Assembly: GCA_018260615.1 (NCBI GenBank)
Contig: JAGWDQ010000129.1
Location: 11,993 to 22,912, forward strand
From: Candidatus Altarchaeum sp.
Lineage (GTDB): Archaea > Altiarchaeota > Altiarchaeia > Altiarchaeales > Altiarchaeaceae
Length of the DNA stretch: 10,920 bases
Reading direction: 5' to 3'
Numbering within the stretch: the first letter of the stretch is position 1; each line of letters opens with the position of its first letter. The position numbers were made by a program, and so were the translations under genes. The notes under the pieces were generated by a model, which saw only the letters and a program-made list of their open reading frames with translations, was not told the DNA's origin and did not search any database. Positions 7,694-10,920 of the stretch are shown one piece after another.

Positions 7694-8296
7694 TCAATAA
7701 AATTCCATCTCTCTTTCCTGTTTTCTTAAAAATTTACCTATGATTATTCCTCCGATAATACCTCCCAGATGACCTGCATTTGCAATATGGAATCCTCCCA
7801 ACGAAATCAATGTCAGAATTACAAACCACAAAATTATTGAGTAAAGTAATGTCGTACTTATCGGCAAAAACAAAAATCCAACCCTTAAATTCGGAGCAAG
7901 CAATGCCAAAATTGTCCCAATTGCAAATATTGCTCCCGACGCTCCAATCACAACGCTGTTTGGATTTATTCCCAATCCCGGAATAAGTGAAAGAGGAAAG
8001 AATGAAAACAGCATAACACAAAGCCCTCCTGCAATTCCCCCGACAACATAAACAATTAAAAATTTCCTGCTACCTATCATCGGCTCTAAAATCATTCCGA
8101 AAAAGTATAAAGCGAGCATATTCATTATTATGTGGTAAAATCCGCCGTGCAAAAACATACTCGTAAATAATCGCCAGATTTCTCCCTGCAAAACAGCAGC
8201 GGGAATTAGTCCGAATGCCGCATCAAAATTAATGAGCATGCCCAATGCAAATATCACCGCATTTGCTGCGAGCAGTGCTTCATAGACCTTAACCAT
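7694..8296 (-). CDS. Rhomboid-family intramembrane serine protease
   Basis: WRLFTSMFLHGGFYHIIMNMLAL, catalytic GASGA and GHLGG motifs, multiple TM helices. Start placed at ATG 8296 (MVKVYEALL) rather than the track's non-ATG start at 8350. Confidence 0.93.
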   Translation of the reverse strand: MVKVYEALLAANAVIFALGMLINFDAAFGLIPAAVLQGEIWRLFTSMFLHGGFYHIIMNMLALYFFGMILEPMIGSRKFLIVYVVGGIAGGLCVMLFSFFPLSLIPGLGINPNSVVIGASGAIFAIGTILALLAPNLRVGFLFLPISTTLLYSIILWFVILTLISLGGFHIANAGHLGGIIGGIIIGKFLRKQEREMEFY

Positions 8297-8309
8297 TTTA
8301 AAGAGTGTT

Positions 8310-8326
8310 TTAAATTTAAATATAAG
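8310..8326. promoter_or_regulatory. Candidate shared TATA-box region between the divergent rhomboid and GTPase genes
   Basis: TTAAATTTAAATATAAG lies in the 60-bp divergent intergenic region, roughly 15-45 nt from both ATGs (8296 and 8357). The AT-rich background weakens the signal. Confidence 0.3.
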
Positions 8327-8356
8327 GAAAGTAATTAAATTTCTTACCAAAATAAT

Positions 8357-8725
8357 ATGAACATCATAATACTTGGCACAGGCGGCTGCGGGAAAACATC
8401 ATTTACGGGAAGATTCGGAAAATATTTAAAAAGGAATCATTACAAGGTAAAATTTTTAAATTTAGATCCCGGAGTTGTGTCTTTTGATTACAAAGCGGAC
8501 TATGACATAAGAGATAAATTTAACGTCAAAAAAATTATGGACGAAGAAAATCTCGGCCCGAACGGAGCAATGATACAGGCAATGGAAAAAGTTGTACACA
8601 AAAAGAAGGTAGATTATATTTCATTTTCAATATTTGGCTCTAAATCCTTGATAAAAAAATATTGGCATCTATTGAAGTTTGCGGGTAACGAAATTTTGGA
8701 ATGTGCCGATATAAATTTTGAGTAG
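8357..8725 (+). pseudogene. Truncated GPN-loop GTPase (ATP_bind_1 family), N-terminal third only
   Basis: Walker A GTGGCGKT, NLDPG, YDIRD and the signature LGPNGA are present. Similarity ends near MEKV (about 8590-8610). No DTPGQ (G3) motif was seen in any forward frame before the stop at 8723-8725. The family is normally about twice this length. Confidence 0.8.
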
Positions 8726-8983
8726 TGATCAAGAAGTAAGATTTTTAAAAACAATAAGGTGTCTTGATTTGTGACATTGAGTTATTGTACCTGTCTTTTA
8801 TTTTTTATTTCAAAATTTAAATTTATCTGTTTATTAATTGTTCGTTGATTAAAAAATTAAGCAATACTTTACTATATTTTGTCTTTATCATCCTTCAACA
8901 TAATTTCTACAATGTAAACAAATTACAACTATAAAAAAATTTATTTTTCATAGTGGTAGGTCATTTTGGTTTTAATTTAAATT

Positions 8984-10510
8984 TTACTTTAAATTCACCA
9001 ATAAATTTTCTATAATTTTTGTATCATACTCTCTTCCTTGCTCTCTAAATAATTTTAACGCTATTTCAAGTTCTCTCTTTGCATTTTCCTTTTCTCCTGT
9101 TTTCATATATAAAAGCCCCAAACTTGCATGTGCTTCAGCATATATAGGGGCTAATTCTATTGCATGATTAAAATCCTCAGTGGCATTAGGATAATTTCCA
9201 AGTTTAACATAAACCATTCCCCTATTATAATATGACTCAGAATCATTTGGCCCCAATTCAATTACCTTACTAAAATCTTTAAGGGTATTATTATAATTTC
9301 CAATTTTGTCATAGCTTACGCCTCTATTGAAATATACCATAGATATATTTGGATTTAATTCTATTGCTTTGTTATAGTTTTCTATTGCCATTTTATGAAG
9401 ATTTTTCATACTATATGCAAATCCTCGGTTGTTATAAGCTAAGTAATTTGGATCTAATTCTATCACTTTGTCATAATCTGCTATCACTTTGTCATAATCT
9501 TTTTTTTCTAGATAAGCAAGACCTCTGTTGTCATAAGCAATTGCATATTTATTATCTAACTCTATTGCTTGATCATAGTCAGATATTGCCTTGTCATAAT
9601 CTCTCTTATTAGCGTAAGCACTTCCTCTGTTGTTATATATGACTGCATCTTTCATACCCAAAGTTATTGCTTCATCATAATTTTGTATCGCCTTGTCATA
9701 ATCTCCTTTATTGGCGTAAACAGTTCCTCGACTTTTGTAAGCACTTGCTAAATTTGAATTTAATTCTATTGCTTTGCTAAGGTCTTGTATTGCTTTATCA
9801 TAATCTCCTTTATCGGCGTAAACACTTCCTCGACTAGCGTAAGCGAATGCATAATCGGAATCTATCTTTATTGCTTCATTATAATCTTTTATGGCTTTCT
9901 CATATTCGCCTTTATTTGCATAAACATTACCTCTATTATGATGTGCTTCTTTATAATTCGGACTTATACCTATTGCGGTTGTGTAATCTTCTATTGCAGC
10001 ACTGTAGTTGCCTTTCTTTGCATAAGCAAATCCTCTATTATTATAGGTTAGTGCAGAATTATTATTTAATCTAATTGCATTATCAAAATCATTTATTGCT
10101 TCATCATAATTTCCAGTGAAAATGTTTATAATTCCTTGAATACAATGCTGATTAAAATAGGTAGGTATGTTTTTACTTAAAGTAGTAACTTGGTCAGGAG
10201 TAATATTGTATTCTTTTAACATTCTTTCAAATTTTTCTTTATCTTCTTCTGTTGCACTTAATTTTGAGAACTCAACACTTGTATATATAAGATTCAGTTG
10301 TTTTATAGTTTCATTATATTGTTTTTCGGTTTCTAAACTACTTTTTTCGTAAAAATAATTACTGACAAAATAACCCACACAAATACTAATAATAAATGTA
10401 ATCAATATCGACCAAACAAACATTCTAAAACTAATTCTTGTTTTATATTTATTCTTAAATAATTTAATAAATTTTGTAACTATTGACAACCCCCAATTTT
10501 TCAATATCAT
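8984..10510 (-). CDS. Membrane-anchored TPR protein (about 11 TPRs)
   Basis: A single hydrophobic helix (MFVWSILITFIISICVGYFV, aa 30-49), a short helical stalk, then about 11 canonical TPRs (AYNNRGxAYxxKGxYDKAIxDYxxAIELxP) and a capping helix. Confidence 0.92.
   Translation of the reverse strand: MILKNWGLSIVTKFIKLFKNKYKTRISFRMFVWSILITFIISICVGYFVSNYFYEKSSLETEKQYNETIKQLNLIYTSVEFSKLSATEEDKEKFERMLKEYNITPDQVTTLSKNIPTYFNQHCIQGIINIFTGNYDEAINDFDNAIRLNNNSALTYNNRGFAYAKKGNYSAAIEDYTTAIGISPNYKEAHHNRGNVYANKGEYEKAIKDYNEAIKIDSDYAFAYASRGSVYADKGDYDKAIQDLSKAIELNSNLASAYKSRGTVYANKGDYDKAIQNYDEAITLGMKDAVIYNNRGSAYANKRDYDKAISDYDQAIELDNKYAIAYDNRGLAYLEKKDYDKVIADYDKVIELDPNYLAYNNRGFAYSMKNLHKMAIENYNKAIELNPNISMVYFNRGVSYDKIGNYNNTLKDFSKVIELGPNDSESYYNRGMVYVKLGNYPNATEDFNHAIELAPIYAEAHASLGLLYMKTGEKENAKRELEIALKLFREQGREYDTKIIENLLVNLK
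9460..9500. repeat. Exact 20-nt direct repeat (21-nt period) within a TPR
   Basis: CTATCACTTTGTCATAATCT at 9460-9479 and 9481-9500, encoding DYDKVIA/DYDKVIE on the minus strand. Confidence 0.9.
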
Positions 10511-10539
10511 TTTATTATAAATTGCAGATTTTATATGTA

Positions 10540-10654
10540 AATCTCAAAGCTAAAGTGTTTGATGACGAGATGCTTATTCCTGAAATTACCAAAAAGCAGA
10601 AAGAATTATTTGAGAGATTTGAGATCATAGTGCCTAAAGTGGCTGGAATTTAGG
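10540..10654 (+). mobile_element. Probable IS remnant: transposase C-terminal tip and candidate right end (IS1634-like)
   Basis: The frame reads NLKAKVFDDEMLIPEITKKQKELFERFEIIVPKVAGI* (stop 10651-10653). EITKKQ(K/R)E resembles the C-terminus of archaeal IS1634-family transposases as I recall it. The stop sits inside a terminal-looking GGAATTTAGG. There is no catalytic domain or left end in the window. Confidence 0.55.
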
Positions 10655-10740
10655 AATTTAGCATTCTGTAAAGTAAATTTTTTCTTTGTCTAACTTTTTT
10701 AAATCTCTTATGGTTTTTTTCATATCTTTATTTCTTTCGT

Positions 10741-10917
10741 TTATAATTCCATATCAATGTCCGTTGAGCCGCATTTTTCACATTGATATTCGGGCAATTC
10801 ATCCATTTCGGGAGGAGTAACCACATAGCGTCAAATAACCGTTGGAATTTCTGCACTGAGCTGATATATTTTTAATATTTTCTTGAGTAACACTTTTTCC
10901 CTATGCTTGTATTTTTC
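10741..10917 (-). pseudogene. Degraded fragment ending in a CxxC half zinc-ribbon
   Basis: The minus frame reads *EKYKHREKVLLKKILKIYQLSAEIPTVI*RYVVTPPEMDELPEYQCEKCGSTDIDMEL*. CEKCGSTDI is zinc-finger-like, but in-frame stops lie upstream. Confidence 0.3.
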
Positions 10918-10920
10918 TTA

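Noticed and set aside
8297-8350. Extended rhomboid N-terminus from the ORF track (start 8350)
   Set aside because: It uses a non-ATG start, would leave only 6 bp to the divergent gene, and covers the likely promoter. ATG 8296 fits better.
8596-8780. About 55 open codons on the minus strand behind the GTPase breakpoint
   Set aside because: There is no start codon and no recognisable motif, which is expected by chance.
9349-10352. Short plus-strand ORFs opposite the TPR gene, and similar ones opposite the rhomboid (7734..8021, 7780..7986)
   Set aside because: They are fully overlapped by well-supported genes and have no recognisable features.
10658-10723. 21-aa minus-strand ORF MKKTIRDLKKLDKEKIYFTEC next to the IS end
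   Set aside because: It could be the stub of an interrupted gene, but it is too short to assign.

Overview
AT-rich window that looks archaeal: it has a zinc-hook Rad50 and a GPN-loop GTPase. Altiarchaeota-like origin is an inference only. Left to right: (1) a membrane-protein gene with an N-terminal zinc ribbon, apparently split by a +1 frameshift in an A8 run, giving ORFs 3..686 and 799..1215; (2) an AAATTT-rich repeat patch; (3) a long Rad50/SbcC SMC ATPase with internal duplications on both sides of its CPVC hook and no mre11 in the window; (4) a translationally coupled pair of a STAND/KAP-like P-loop ATPase and a protein with a probable inactive P-loop-like domain plus eight near-identical 102-nt TPR units; (5) a rhomboid protease on the minus strand; (6) a 3'-truncated GPN-loop GTPase; (7) a membrane-anchored TPR protein on the minus strand; (8) the 3' tip of a probable transposase with a candidate IS end; (9) a degraded zinc-finger-like fragment at the right edge. 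No rRNA, tRNA or CRISPR array was seen. The best candidate for an undescribed system is the ATPase plus inactive-ATPase/TPR pair, whose repeats vary mainly at ligand-facing positions.
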